Below the pieces are notes generated by a model. The model saw only the letters and a list, made by a program, of their open reading frames with translations, made no database searches and was not told the DNA's origin. This document shows positions 1 through 12,800 of a stretch of 64,000 nt of DNA, piece by piece (the first letter of the stretch is position 1; the number at the start of each line of letters is the position of its first letter). The DNA is from Octopus vulgaris (lineage: Eukaryota), in assembly GCA_951406725.2 (NCBI GenBank), contig OX597815.1, forward strand, positions 187,364,001 to 187,428,000, in the 5' to 3' direction. Made by a program: the position numbers and the translations under genes.

Positions 1-369
1 TTTCAGGTTGAGATTTTGACAGCTTGGATGCTCTATTAGAAAGAGATGAAATCTGTTACTCCGTGAAAGAATAATGTTCAATAGAGATGTGAGAAGTTTA
101 AGGAAACTACTTCTTTCTTTTGGTAACTGAATCTTTCTCCCTTTCCAATGTAAAGCAGATTATATGCGGTACATGAGTCATGCCATGTGACAAAATAAAG
201 AGTTGTGAATGCTGCGGGTTTGTAGTGATTAGTGGGGACAACTTAGATGTGCTGTGATATTTTGTGCTTTTGAAGCAGTTACTCTGTGATTTAAAATGTA
301 TAGGAAAAACACTCTATTATGAACTTGTCATGTTGATGTTAATACAAAAAAACTTGTCATAATAAATAC

Positions 370-588
370 ATTGGTTTCAAATTTTTGCACAAAGCCAGCA
401 ATCTTTTATGGAAGGTGGCTTGGTGATTACATTGACTCTAATGCTCAACTGGTACTTATTTTATCCACCATGAAAGGATGACAGGTGAAGTTAACCTTGG
501 CAGTATTTTAACTCAGAATGTAAAGCTGGTAGAAATGCCATAAAGTATTTTGTTTGGTATGCTAATGATTCTGCCAGCTTGCCACCTT
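370..588 (-). mobile_element. SINE family A (tRNA-like head + Meta-like central domain), degraded short-tail copy
   Basis: Reverse complement of GGCGGCGAGCTGGCAGAA...TTCTGAGTTCAAATTC...GCCTTTCATCC...AAGTACCAGTT, repeated more than 20 times in the window. Confidence 0.85.
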
Positions 589-604
589 CCTAATAGTTAT
601 AATG

Positions 605-955
605 TGGATGTGTAATGGCCCTGTGGTTAGGGCAGTCATAAGATGGTGGTTTTGATTCCCAGACTGGGCATTGTGAGTGTTTATTGAACAAAAAAACATC
701 TAAAGCTCCATGAAGCTCTGGCAGGGGTGGTGGCGAACCCTGCTGTACTCTTTCACCACAACTTTCTCTTACTCTTTCTTCCTGTTTCTGTTGTACCTGT
801 ATTTCAAAAGGGCCACCTTGTCACGCTGAATCTCCCAGTTAAGGGTACACATGTCTGTGGAGTGCCCAGCCACTTGCACATTAATTTCAGGAGCAGGGTG
901 TTCCGTTGATCAGATCAACTGGAACCCTCATTGTTGTAACTGAAGGGGTGCCATG
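605..955 (+). mobile_element. SINE family D (tRNA-like head; 3' part shared with 14710-15283)
   Basis: Degenerate A/B-box-like head (tggccctgtggttag...gttttgattccc); tail GGAGTGCCCAGCCACTTGCAC...ACTGGAACCCTC matches the reverse complement of 14710-14810. Confidence 0.7.
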
Positions 956-979
956 ACAAATAATAATAATAATAATAAT

Positions 980-1181
980 AGTTTCGAATTCTGGCACATG
1001 GCCAGCAATTTCAGGGGAGGAGGTAAGTTGATTACATTGACCCCAGTGATTAACTTGTGTTTATTTTACCAACCCCAAAAAGATGAAACGTGGAGTTGAC
1101 CTTAGCAGAATTTGAACTCAGAAGTTAAAAACTGATGAAATTCCTCCAAATATGCTACTGATTCTACTAGCTCACTACCTT
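980..1181 (-). mobile_element. SINE family A, degraded, in (AAT)n tract
   Basis: GTTGACCTTAGCAGAATTTGAACTCAGAA; flanked by AAT repeats. Confidence 0.8.
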
Positions 1182-1212
1182 CTTAATAATAATAATTTGT
1201 TATTAAATAATG

Positions 1213-1630
1213 CGGAGGCTTATTTCTTATGGTGGCTGTGTGGTAAGTAGCTTGTTTACGAACTACATGGTTCTGGGTTCAGTCCCACTGTGTGACACCT
1301 TGGGCGAGTATCTTCTACTATAGCCTCAAGCCAACGAAAGCCTTGTGAGTGGATTTGGTAGATGGAAATTGAAAGAAGCCTGTCAGATATATGTATATAT
1401 ATATGTGTGTGTGTGTATGTTTGTGTGTGTGTTTGTCCCTCTAGCATCATTTGACAACCAATGCTAGTGTGTTTACGTCCCCGTAACTTAGCGGTTTGGC
1501 AAAAGAGACCGATAGAATAAGTACTAGGCTTACAAAGAATAAGTCCTGGGGTTGATGTGCTCGACTAAAAGCGGTGCTCCAGCATGGCCACAGTCAAATG
1601 ACTGAAACAATTAAAAGAGTAAAGAGAGTA
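1213..1630 (+). mobile_element. SINE family B (tRNA head + CORE-like domain, OR1/OR2-like), near full length
   Basis: GTGGCTGTGTGGTAAG...GGGTTCAGTCCC head, CORE-like ACCTTGGGC(A/G)AGT, internal (TA/TG)n, tail CAGCATGGCCACAGTCAAATGACTGAAAC. Confidence 0.85.
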
Positions 1631-2489
1631 ATACAGTTGTTTTGCAGTTCTAGAAAGTATCAGCTAGGAACACATGCATATATGTGGGTATGGCAGAGGT
1701 TAACCTCAACCTGTATTGCGTCTTAGAGAACATTTATTACTGCCATTGGAGGATTTGAACCAAGCACTGCAAGCTTATGAAACATCAATTTTATAGTTTA
1801 GCTCATTTTAACTCAAAGCAATTGACTTCATCTCCCTTCTGTATCTGCCTAGATCTTTGTGTAGTTGGCCACTGAAAGTGAAACGACCATAGACATACAG
1901 CAATTTAGCTAACCATGCAGGCACATGCACACAATCACACAAACATGACATGAAATATCAATAAGTATAGACAGAAATAGACACAACACTTCAAATAATT
2001 TATAATTTTAAGTTAAAATACAGTAAAATATTGGCAAAAGATCTGAGACCCTTCATAATACTAACTCAAAAAAATAAAATTCTTTATATTCAAGTTAATT
2101 TCTAAACTTATTTAACTCAATATATATCTTGTGGTTTCTACTAATATCTTAGATTTTCTTTATTCATGAAGTATTGATTTTTTTCAACAAATCTGCATGA
2201 GTAGATTATTTGAAAATAGTTATTTTTGAAACATATTCTGCTTATTGTAGTTAATATATTCAAAAGCTATATAGTACAACTAATGTTCTTTTGCTTTTGG
2301 CAAATGAATACATGCAAGCATATTGATACTAGAATAAACCCTTTTTAACTTCCTAATTCAATTGTACAAAATATAATGAATGAGAAACGAGGGTAGAACC
2401 ATGGATATTTGTGTTTGATGGTCTGATTATATTTTTGCTGAGTTCTATTATCTCTTTTTGTGAGAAGACCTGCCCACCATAACAGAATT

Positions 2490-2930
2490 CATCATCGTTT
2501 ATCATCATCATCATCATCATTTAATGTCCGTTTTCTGTGCTAGCACGGGTTGGACGGTTCGACTGGGGTCTGGGAAGCCAGGAGGCTGCACCAGGCTTCA
2601 GTCTGATCTGGCAGTGTTTCTACAGCTGGATGCCCTTCCTAACGCCAACCACTCCGTGAGTGTAGTGGGTGCTTTTTACATGCCACCGGCACAGGAGCCA
2701 GTCAAGGCAGCGCTGGCATCGGCCATGTTTGGATGGTGCTTTTTACGTGCCACTGGCACAGGTATCACAACTACGATTTCCATTTAATATTTATTTTGAT
2801 TTTGATGTACTTGACTCAATAGGTCTCCTCAAGTACTGCATGTCATGTGTCACTGGCACAAAAGCCAGTCAAGGCAGCGTTGGCATCGGCCACGTTTGGA
2901 AATGGCACTGGTGCTGGTGCTATGTAAAAA
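2490..2930 (-). mobile_element. SINE family C (RTE-like tail ending in (GAT)n) with internal GGCAC-type repeats
   Basis: (CAT)n-TTTAATGTCCG...CAGCTGGATGCCCTTCCTAACGCCAAC motif, repeated about 10 times in the window. Confidence 0.8.
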
Positions 2931-2959
2931 ACACTGGTGTTGGTGCCACATAAAAATCA

Positions 2960-3150
2960 CTGCTGCTGATGTCATGTAAAAAAAGCACCCAGTATACTCT
3001 ATAAAGTGGTTGGTGTTAGGAGGGGCATCCAGCTGTAGAAACCAAACCAAAATAGACTATGAAACTTTGTGTAGCCCCTGGCCTTGCCACTCTCTATCAA
3101 ACCATCCAACCCATGCCAACATTGAAAACAGACATTAAATGATGATGATG
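2960..3150 (+). mobile_element. SINE family C copy inverted relative to 2490-2930
   Basis: GTTGGTGTTAGGAGGGGCATCCAGCTGTAGAAAC...CCATCCAACCCATGCC...GATGATGATG. Confidence 0.8.
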
Positions 3151-3932
3151 TAAGCATACTGAAATATCTTAAATGTTTACTGAGCTGTTTATGTCTAAAG
3201 CTGTTTCTATGGAGGACTCCAGAAAGAATATTAATTTACTCTTTATATAATTAAATCAGCGTTTTAAACAAATGACTTGAAACAGATATTAAAACAAGTT
3301 TTATACTGTAACCATAATTACAAAAAATTTGAGGCCTTGTGCTTCTCGTAGAAAGATTTGGATCAACATCTGGATATTTGATTATAATATTGCCCTTAAA
3401 TTAACTGGATGTATGGTTAAGTAGTTTGTTTAGCAACGGTATGGTTTGGGGTTCAACCCCTCTGTACAATGTCTAAGTTAAATGTCATCAGCCATAGGCT
3501 AGGATTGACTTGTGTCATGTGAGTGGATGTTGGTAGATGGAAATTGTGCTGAAACCTGTTGTGTACTTAGGTGTATATGTATCTATGTATCTTCTACAAT
3601 GTATATTAGTAAAATATGTAAACAATGGGAAAACTGTAAAATGAATTGTTTAGAATAAAGAGAAATAATTTGTTTAGTATTTGTTCCACCTGAGTTAAAC
3701 ATATAATTCCCGTTGGTCTCACTGTCAGAAATGCAGTGAACCAGTGATTGACCCATTGACACAAAAGTGTCAATCAGTCAATACTGATGCATTATAAAAT
3801 ACTTGAGTGAAATGTTTAATATATCTGTTGAGTAGAAAATCAAAAATTGATATGATCTGCTGCATAAAACTTAGATCGGTTTTGAACAGGAAATCTTGTA
3901 AGGTATTCTGTGATATCCTGTCTTTTTAGTGC

Positions 3933-4100
3933 ATCATCATCATCATCATTAAATCTCCATTTTCCATGCTGGTATGGGTTGGACAGTTTGACAGGGGCTG
4001 GCTAGGCAGAAGACTATACCAGACTTCACTGTCTGTTTTGCCAGGGTTTTTATGGCTGGATGCCCTTTCTAACACCAAACCACCTTACAGAGTAGGTTAA
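3933..4100 (-). mobile_element. SINE family C 3' fragment
   Basis: (CAT)n...TTTCCATGCTGGTATGGGTTGGAC...GCTGGATGCCCTTTCTAAC. Confidence 0.75.
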
Positions 4101-4766
4101 CATTTCATGTGCTCTTTTTTTTTTTTAGTACAGTAGAGTGTGATTTGAGGATATTTGGCTGCTATATTTTTCATTTTAAGCAATGTTTGGCTTGTTTAAT
4201 GCTCAGCTATTTTTTTTACATTACGAATTACATTCATAGTGATGGAAAACCAATAACTTTAAAATCATCATACCTGACAATATTTGTCCTTCAATATTGT
4301 CCAATCTAATAAGAAAGTGACATTGTTTATTGATGATGATGAATGCATTTTGTTACTTTCTGTAAATTAATGATGATAACTTAAGTAAAAGTGAAAAAAA
4401 AAAAGAAATTTCCCTCAGAATTTCATTAATAAAGATTATTTTTATAATTATTTCTTTCGCTCCATCCACTTACTTATGCAAGATGAAATTCTTGATGGGA
4501 AATGCATTATGATGCAATGAAATGTTTATTTCTTTTCAGTCGTTTTTAAAGGGACATGATAACTAATTACATGGGAGCTTTCTTCTAGAGAGCTTATCAA
4601 TTGTATATTTAAGCTTAAATATAATGTGTTGCAGGACAGGTTCAACCCAACTCTGACTTTAGTTGTCATAGAAGACTGATTAAAAACAAAACAAAAAAAT
4701 GTGATTAATGAAATGGAGCTTTAGTCTGTATCTCTCTATTCTTCATTACTTTTTAATTATCCAATG

Positions 4767-5412
4767 AAGGCGGTGAGCTGGCAGACTCCTTAGCATGCCA
4801 AGCGAGATGCTTAGCAGCATTTCATCTGTCGCTACGTTCTGAGTTCAAATTCTGCCGAGGTCGATTTTGCCTTTCATCCTTTTGAGGTTGATTAAATAAG
4901 TACCAGTTATGCACTGGTGTTGATGTAATCGACTTAATCTCTTTCGCCAAATTTGAGGCCTTGTACTTCCCATAGAAAGAATTATTAATTATCCAATTAA
5001 GGTGGTGAGCTGGCAGAATCATTAGCAACTGGATGAAATGCTTAGTGGTATTTCTTCTGCCACTACATTCTGAGTTCAAATTCTGCCGAGGTTGACTTTC
5101 AATAAATTAAGTACCAGTTGAACACTGGGGTCGATGTAATCAACTATTCCCCTCCCCCAAATTTCAGGCCCCAAATTTCAGGAAGGATTATTAATTATCC
5201 AATTAAAGCAGTGAGCTGGCAGAATTGTTAGCATGACAGGCAAAATGTTTAGTGGCATTTTCTTCATCTTTGCATCCTGAGTTCAAATTCCACTGAGGCT
5301 GAATTTATCTTTCATCCTTATGGGGTCAATAAAATAAGAACCAGTTGAGCAATGGGGTTGATGTAAATTGACTTACCCCTCCCCCAGAAATGCAGGCCTT
5401 GTGCTAAAATTA
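4767..5412 (+). mobile_element. Three head-to-tail SINE family A copies
   Basis: Heads at ~4767, ~5000 and ~5207, each preceded by TTAATTATCCAAT. Confidence 0.9.
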
Positions 5413-6772
5413 TTAATTATCAAATTAATTATCAAATTGGTGGCGCATCATAAGACATTCCTTGCAGTGTTTCTTTCAACTCTTTATATTAGTTCACCTT
5501 TATTTTATTGACCCTGAAAGGGTGAAAAGCAAAAATCATTTGGTTGCTGTCCTTTTCACCCAAATCAACTTAATTCTGATGTTTTTAAAACCAAAAGGCA
5601 TTTGTTCTTATCTTTCCTATCAGGGTTTCAATAGTTGTTGCTATACACAATAAGGGCCTATAATTTTGGTTACAGTTATCATGTCTGTATTGATGTTGCC
5701 TATTGTTTTTCTTATGGTAGCTGAGAAAGGACCTGTATTGTTCAAAATATCAGACCTGTTATTTGAATTATTCTGATATTTGTTTTTGTTTTCTCTTTAT
5801 ACCTTTAAATATATTTCAAAAAGTATCTATTGCTCTGTAATGTATCAGTAAATTCATGTAAACCTCTCCTTAGTAACAATTTTCATTGCATTTTCTCAAA
5901 TATTAATTTGGTATTAAGATAAACATTTTTTTAATGATGAACTCAGGTTTTTGTTGATTAAAACAAAAAATAGTTTTGTGCACAAAGAATTGTATTTAAG
6001 TAAAAAAAGAAATGTAGTAAACAAAATCACATTTGAAAGAGTTATGTAGGTATTAAATATCAGGATCCGTTTGACAATAACTTTAAAAAGATTTAGTGAC
6101 TACTGGCTAAGAACTAAACAATGTACATATAGTCATGAACAAAAAATATAAATTTTGCCATTTGACAGAAATAACTTTTGTCTAAGAAGATAAATCTTGT
6201 CTTTCTATGAATAATTCAAATAAAGGGCCAATTCTGTATATCATGAATGGCTATAATATATCCTTTGTTTTGTAACGTTCAGGATATTGTATTTCTATGA
6301 TGCATTTTGTTATCGAAAGAAACATATTTTTGCAGGAGCAGAACAATAAAATGGTTATCAGCATTTACAAAAAACTGGCGTATGTACAATGGAATAAAAA
6401 CAAGTTCCTGGTGATTCCAGGAAACAAACCAAGTTTTAATTCATGGTTTTTGCCAGTTTACTTCCTTCATGTTTCTAGTGCTCTTAAGAAGCATTAATAC
6501 CATGACATTGCTTCTTTGTCAAGAATCTCAATTGTTGAGTCTCTGTATAATGAATATTTCAAATACAAAACAGTTTTTTTGTATCTAAGCTTTAGTATTA
6601 CATCCAACATTAAACTATGTTACTGAATTTGCTAATTGACTTACATATATATCCACTGATGGGTAGGTAATTAATAAAATGACAGATGAAATAATTTTCA
6701 GTATATGTCTGCTTAGAGAAATTTAAAGAAATGATTGTGGATAACCCAATATTGTCAGCAGAAGCTTTCTAA

Positions 6773-7192
6773 GGCGGCGAGCTGGCAGAAACGTTAGCAC
6801 ACCGGGCGAAATGCTTAGTGGTATTTCGTCTGCCGTTACGTTTAAGTTCAAATTCTGCCGAGGTCGACTTTGCCTGTCATCCTTATGGGGTTGATAAATT
6901 AAGTACCAGTTACGCACTGGGGTCGATATAATCGACTTAATTCATTTGTCTGTCCTTGTTTGCCCTCTCTGTGTTTAGGCCCTTGTGGGTAGTAAAGAAA
7001 TAGGTATTTCATTCGTCTTTACCTACATTCTGAGTTCAAATTCCGCTGAGGTCGACTTTGCCTTTCATCCTTTCGGGGTCGATAAATTAAGTACCAGTTA
7101 TGCACTGGGGTCAATGTAATGAACTTAATCCCTTTGTCTGTCCTTGATTGTCCCTCTCTATGTTTAGCCCCTTGTGGGCAATAAAGAAATAA
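6773..7192 (+). mobile_element. SINE family A long-tail dimer (one head, two bodies)
   Basis: Junction AAAGAAATAGGTATTTC at ~7001; flanking near-duplication AGAA(G/A)CTTTCTA. Confidence 0.9.
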
Positions 7193-7829
7193 GAAACTTT
7201 CTAGATTTTGCTGAGAAACTTTCAGTGCATAGAAAAGTGTATGATAGTCACATATTTAACAATGTTTCTCAAACTTTATCTCCCACCCATCTCCCCTTCA
7301 GTAGAAAAATGTCTACTCTATCCACTTGGTTCATTTTGTTTTGATTGTAACAAATGATTAGGCTCTCCCACACATCAATTAATTTCCACCTACTTAACAA
7401 TATCTTTATCATCCTATCATTTCCAGTTCAAGAGCTACTACTATATACAATCATTAGATTACACCTTTTACATAAGGGAGAATTTTTTCCCCTCAGTAAC
7501 TGCAATGAATTTTGCTTTTAGAAGTAGAAATAATGTCACAAACCTATTTTAACTAACCTAAAGTTCACTTATGCCTAAATACTGCTTGGTGCCCATATTG
7601 TTGAATATAATTGTTATTTTATTTCAAATATTTACCCATAATTGTGAATGAATTACTAAGAATTTTAAGAACCAATTTGAGGCAGAAAAGAGAAACTTGC
7701 CTAAATGGTAGGATTCAAACCCGCCTCTCTTTTCTGTTTTAAATTGGATCTTATAAAATTTGATATTATTTTCCATAATGTATTCCTAAAAATAGCTTGA
7801 CTAATTTCTTCAGTTTTTATCAATTATTT

Positions 7830-8190
7830 TTCTTTTATCTTTTACTTGTTTCAGTAATTAGGTTGTGGCCAAGCTGGGGCACCATCTTGAAAGAATTTTT
7901 TTAGTTGAGTGAATTGATCCTAGTACTTAATTTTTTTTTTAAGCCTTGCACTTATTCTATTTGTCACATTTGTTGAACCACTAAGTTACATGGACGGAGA
8001 CACACCAACACCAATTGACAAGCTGCAGTAGAGACAAACAAAGACACATGAACACACACACACAGATGATTGATTTCTTTCAGTTTCCACCAACCAAATC
8101 CACTCACAAGGTTTTGGTTAGCCCAAGGCCATAGTAGAAGACACTTGCCGAAGGTGCCATGCAGTGGAACCATGTGGTTGGTAACCTGGA
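7830..8190 (-). mobile_element. SINE family B
   Basis: TTACTTGTTTCAG...GTGGCCAAGCTGGGGCACC...AGTAGAAGACACTTGCCGAAGGTGCC. Confidence 0.8.
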
Positions 8191-8260
8191 AGCAAATCAC
8201 AGGTAAATAGGAGAAATGGTAGCATGTCTAACAGCATTCAGAATCCATCAGGATCAACTA

Positions 8261-8729
8261 CAGGTCGTCATTGACTTAGACCTATCTGACTTACGACCAA
8301 TTGACTTTATGACGATTGGTGTGCCAGCTCCTGGCAAGCAATAATAAATAGACCAGGTGAAATCTAATGGGTTTAATTTCTTAGAAATTAACCTGTCTAT
8401 GAGTGATGTCAGCTAACAAATGCTTCCCCTAGGTCTGGTTATCGATCACCACTGTGGTTCTCCCAAGTTTTTGATGAATATCCTGTCATGGAGACATCAA
8501 AGCAACCTTGTATTTGTTTATAAGATGACTGCTTGAGATTCTGAAATTTTTGACTAATGCTAGTTTAATAGTATAATACAGAATGCTGTGTGTGACTTTT
8601 ACCTGAGAATGTAACTTAAGAATGTAAAAATATAAAACAAAGCTATGTAGACCTATAGGCCGACTTAGGGGACCAAATTGACTTATGACCAGTTGGAACC
8701 AGTTGTGGCTGTAAATCCACGATGACCTG
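8261..8729. mobile_element. Tc1/mariner (Tigger-like) MITE
   Basis: TA-flanked imperfect TIRs CAGGTCGTCATTGACTTA / TAAATCCACGATGACCTG; subterminal GACTTA(C/T)GACC repeats. Confidence 0.65.
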
Positions 8730-9195
8730 TATTCCTTTTATCATTTCATGATCAATAACATAAATAGCATTAGCGTACTAGAGTTGATTTATATCCACTA
8801 CCCTCCCCACTTCTCCCTTCTCTCCAAATTTCCGGCTTAGCACTAATGTAACAATCATTATTGTTGCCATTATTAAAGTGAAATTTATGGAAAGATGTTA
8901 TTAATTTCATAGCCTTCCTTGGTTTAGAGTAGGGTGGAAAAACAAAGTATAAGTTTCTAAATTGTCAAATTATTCATATTGATTTATTCTGGTCACTGAA
9001 TATTCAGAGTGAAATATAATATCTGTTCTGAAACACTTTTAAAATATTAATTTTTCATGATTTGAATGTCAATTGGTATATTTTTGAAGCATTGAAATTT
9101 TGAAAGTATATCAAATTTTCTATAGTTATGTTGAAGAGAAATCACAATATGGACTCCTTGTGAGAAGAAAGGACAAAAAAAAAAAAATTATTATT

Positions 9196-9423
9196 AAGAT
9201 GGCAAGCTGACAAAATCATTAAAATGTGGGACAAAATGTGTGGTGGCATTTCTTCTGACTCTTCAGGCTATGAGTTCAAATTCTACTAAAGCGATCTTTT
9301 GTCTTTCATCTTTTTGAGATTGTTAAAATAAAGTACCAGTCAAGTCTTCAAACAGAGACAGTGTAATTAATTAACCCTCTCCACTCCCACTACAATTACT
9401 GACCTTATGACAAAATTTGAAAC

Positions 9424-9459
<36 letters not shown>

Positions 9460-9890
9460 GAAGGCGGCGAGCTGGCAGACCTTCTGAGTTCAAATTCCGC
9501 TGAGGTTGTCTTTGCCTTTCATCCTTTTGGGGTCGATAAATTAAGTACTAGTTGTGTACTGGGATCAATCTAATCGACTGGCCTCCTCCCCAAAAATTTC
9601 AGTGCTCCAATGACTGTTATCGTTATTATTATTATTATCATTATTATTATTGTTGTTGTTATTATTATTGAAGTGGTGAGCTGGCAGAATTGTTAGCATT
9701 TTGAATAAAATGCTTAGCAGTGATTCTGTCTCTTTATATTCTGAATTCAAAATCCTGTTGAAATCACCTTTACTTTCCATCCTTTCAAGTGTTGATGCTA
9801 TAAAAATACCAGTCAAATAACAAGGGTCATTGTAATCAACTTACCCTGTTTCCCCTAAAATTACTGACCATGTGACAAAATTTGAAGCAG
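9196..9890 (+). mobile_element. Three SINE family A copies separated by (ATT)n tracts
   Basis: Heads at ~9196, ~9461 and ~9671; (ATT)n at 9424-9458 and 9620-9670. Confidence 0.8.
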
Positions 9891-12800
9891 TTTTCACAAT
9901 TATATATTCTTTAGTAATCTTTCAATTATTTGAAGTAGGTGTGTGATTTAGCTAAAATAGATACATTCTGAAGTGTTTAATATTTGTACTGATTTGCTTC
10001 CTTTACAATAAACTTTGTTAAGCATACCCCAATGATATGCTGGCAGTACAATGATATGCTGACAGCATAGGAGACAGTTTCCTGTTTGTTATTTTGTGGT
10101 ATCCAGTTCTTATGACTCATGGCTTTGAATTAAATCCGGTTAGGTTTGACTTTGTTTTTCATCCTTCAGAGATCAATGAATTAAAAGCCAGCTATAAACT
10201 AAATGAAAAATGGTAAAAGAAAATTTATTTTTCTGACATAATGATGTAAAAGAATTGTTTGAAAAATTCTTTTTTTTTTTTTTGTTTCTATTAACTTTTA
10301 AAAATACATGTTTTACTTGATATTTAAATGGTCTGAAATTATTTAATGTTATTAACACTACAATTCTATTTCTTTTATAACACGTAACAATAATAATAAT
10401 AGTAATAATAATAAAAAAGCTGAAGCAAAATGTTGTTTGTGTTATTATGTTATGAAAATGGCTTAAAGTCAGATATTTCTGATTCACTCACTAAATTAAG
10501 AATTCTAAAATTAAATAGAGAACACCAGCAAGGAGAAAGGAGGGGCTGCTAAACACTGATAGCATATTGTTAACAGTTTGTAGACTTCCTGGCTTTTATA
10601 TAGGAATGCTCTTAATAAGTGCCACTCATACATGCAGGAATACTTTCTCCCCCTCCTACTTTCTGCAAGTCATCTCTTTCACTCTCCCTGTCTCTTTCCC
10701 ACTTACACCTCCCTCTTACTACTCACATCTGTCTCATTCTCTTTCTCTCAACTGTACTAAGCTGGAAACCAACAAAAAAATAGTTAATTGGTGTTTAGTG
10801 ATCAGTGTTGTTGACTAAATATTTTTTTTTTTATTAGGACAATTAAAACAGCTGTGGAGACTCAAAGGTCATGTTTGTCATTATTTTCTGAAGTTTTGTT
10901 AATCTATTTCCCTGAAAGAAGAAATATAGAAGAGCATTTTATTTTTTTTTTATTATTCAAAATATCTTTCTAGCTAACCATTAATCACTGAATATCAGTT
11001 TACCACTACTATCAGCTATGGGGAGCATATTTTCCATTTTTATTTTAATCAAACATTTATGTTTTTCAGGTGAAGCATTGAATGTGTTATTTTTAATCCC
11101 CCCTAAGTAGTCATACAATATCTTAGATTTATGAGAGGGTAAAAACAAAACAAAAACAGAAAGAAAAATTAATAAAAAGAAATACAAGGACAAAAATAAA
11201 TAAATGAAAAGGAAATTGCATTTCAGCAGCCTGACTTAAATTAATCATTCTGTAGAAGTGTTTAGTTTGACCCAAATTACTGAGTATATATACCCAATAT
11301 AATTCACTTTTCACATTCCTTACAGTTTCAACATTTTTTTTACTGTCTATATTAATGCTTTTCAAAACCAGTTTAAAAGGTAATTTTTTTGGCTATAACA
11401 GTATTCAGCTTTTATTCTGTATATCTAGAAAAAGAAAAGAAAAAACATGTTAACATTTATGTAGTAATTCTAATTTAGGGAACTAAAGTTATATCTATTC
11501 TGATTTGATCTCAAAGAAACTGAGTGACAAAAGAATTGGATCATTAGAATTTTATGTGGTTGCAAGCCACTAATTTTCTACCTGTTATACAGAATGATTG
11601 ATAATTTGAACTGGTTATTAGCTAGTCTCATAAATAGCATCATAGCTGCAATCAAATGAGCTCATTAGGAATTTCATGTTAATTAGAATTTAATCCCTTT
11701 TTTTTTTTCACGCTAAGAAAATAAATGACTTTTCCAAATTTTCTTTTTATTCAAAAAATAACACAAGATCAATATAGATATCTACTTGCTTTGTAAAGCC
11801 AAAATTATTTTTTGATAAAGAAAAAATTTACACAAGTTTAAAAAATATGATAAAAAATTATAGGCAACCTGCTATATATATATATATATATATAAAATTA
11901 TTTGGGATAAGTCCAGGAGTCTTACATAAATGTTTGTTTTGTTAAGTCAGAGAACATTGTTACATACTGATATTGTTGCCAATTTGTTAAAATCAAATTC
12001 ATTTAAAAATAAAATATTTTTTTACAAAATATTTCTTGTTAAGGTTAATAATTTTACTTGTAGCTTTAATTAAAGTAGTATTATTTTCTTTGAATATATA
12101 TTGCACCTGCAAAAATTATGCTAGTGACAGGATTAGAACTTCTGACCCTTCAACTGATAGCCTATTAACCAATTAACACAACCATCCACATTTTCACATT
12201 GTTTAGAATAAACCCTTTTTTTTTTTCTTTCTTTCATTCTTTTGGTGTAAAATGAGTCCTCTACAGAGTTGTTAAATTCATAAAGTGAAGAGAATCATGT
12301 GTACTCCCATCACCTCTGAAAATAAAATAAATACACAAATTGAAAAATATCTATTAGAAAAAAATTAGTCATTCTACATGTAAGGTGGTGGTATTAGCAG
12401 CTCAAAGTAGAAATCTGAACTAGATGTTTTGTAGTATCAAATTACATTTACTTAAATTACAATGACATTGATGTTTTTTTTTATTTCCTTATTCTCTTGG
12501 GTTTTATAAAGTTTAAGAAAGATGCTAGTTTAAATTGATTATATATTCTTCTGTTATAAAATTGACCTTTAACCTAGTCAAAAGAAATTAATACATCCAC
12601 TTTTTTTCATTTATTAGGTATAAGCATGCTTGTGTACTTAAGACGTTTACTTTTCAAATTTTGTGGTTACAAGTTCAATCCCACTGTATGGCACCTTGAG
12701 CAAGTGTTTATAGCTCTGGTGAAAAGCTGGTTGGCAAAAAGCTGAAAGAAGCCCCCAAAGCCACAAACACTTTGCACTTTTTCACTGACCCCCACTCTTA

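Noticed and set aside
4767-5412. Regularly spaced repeats suggesting a CRISPR array
   Set aside because: Units are ~200-230 bp SINE copies in eukaryotic DNA; no unique spacers or cas genes.
6280-6500. Exon-like segment after TTCAG with a 66-aa ORF
   Set aside because: No recognisable product and no clear donor site; cannot be supported from sequence alone.
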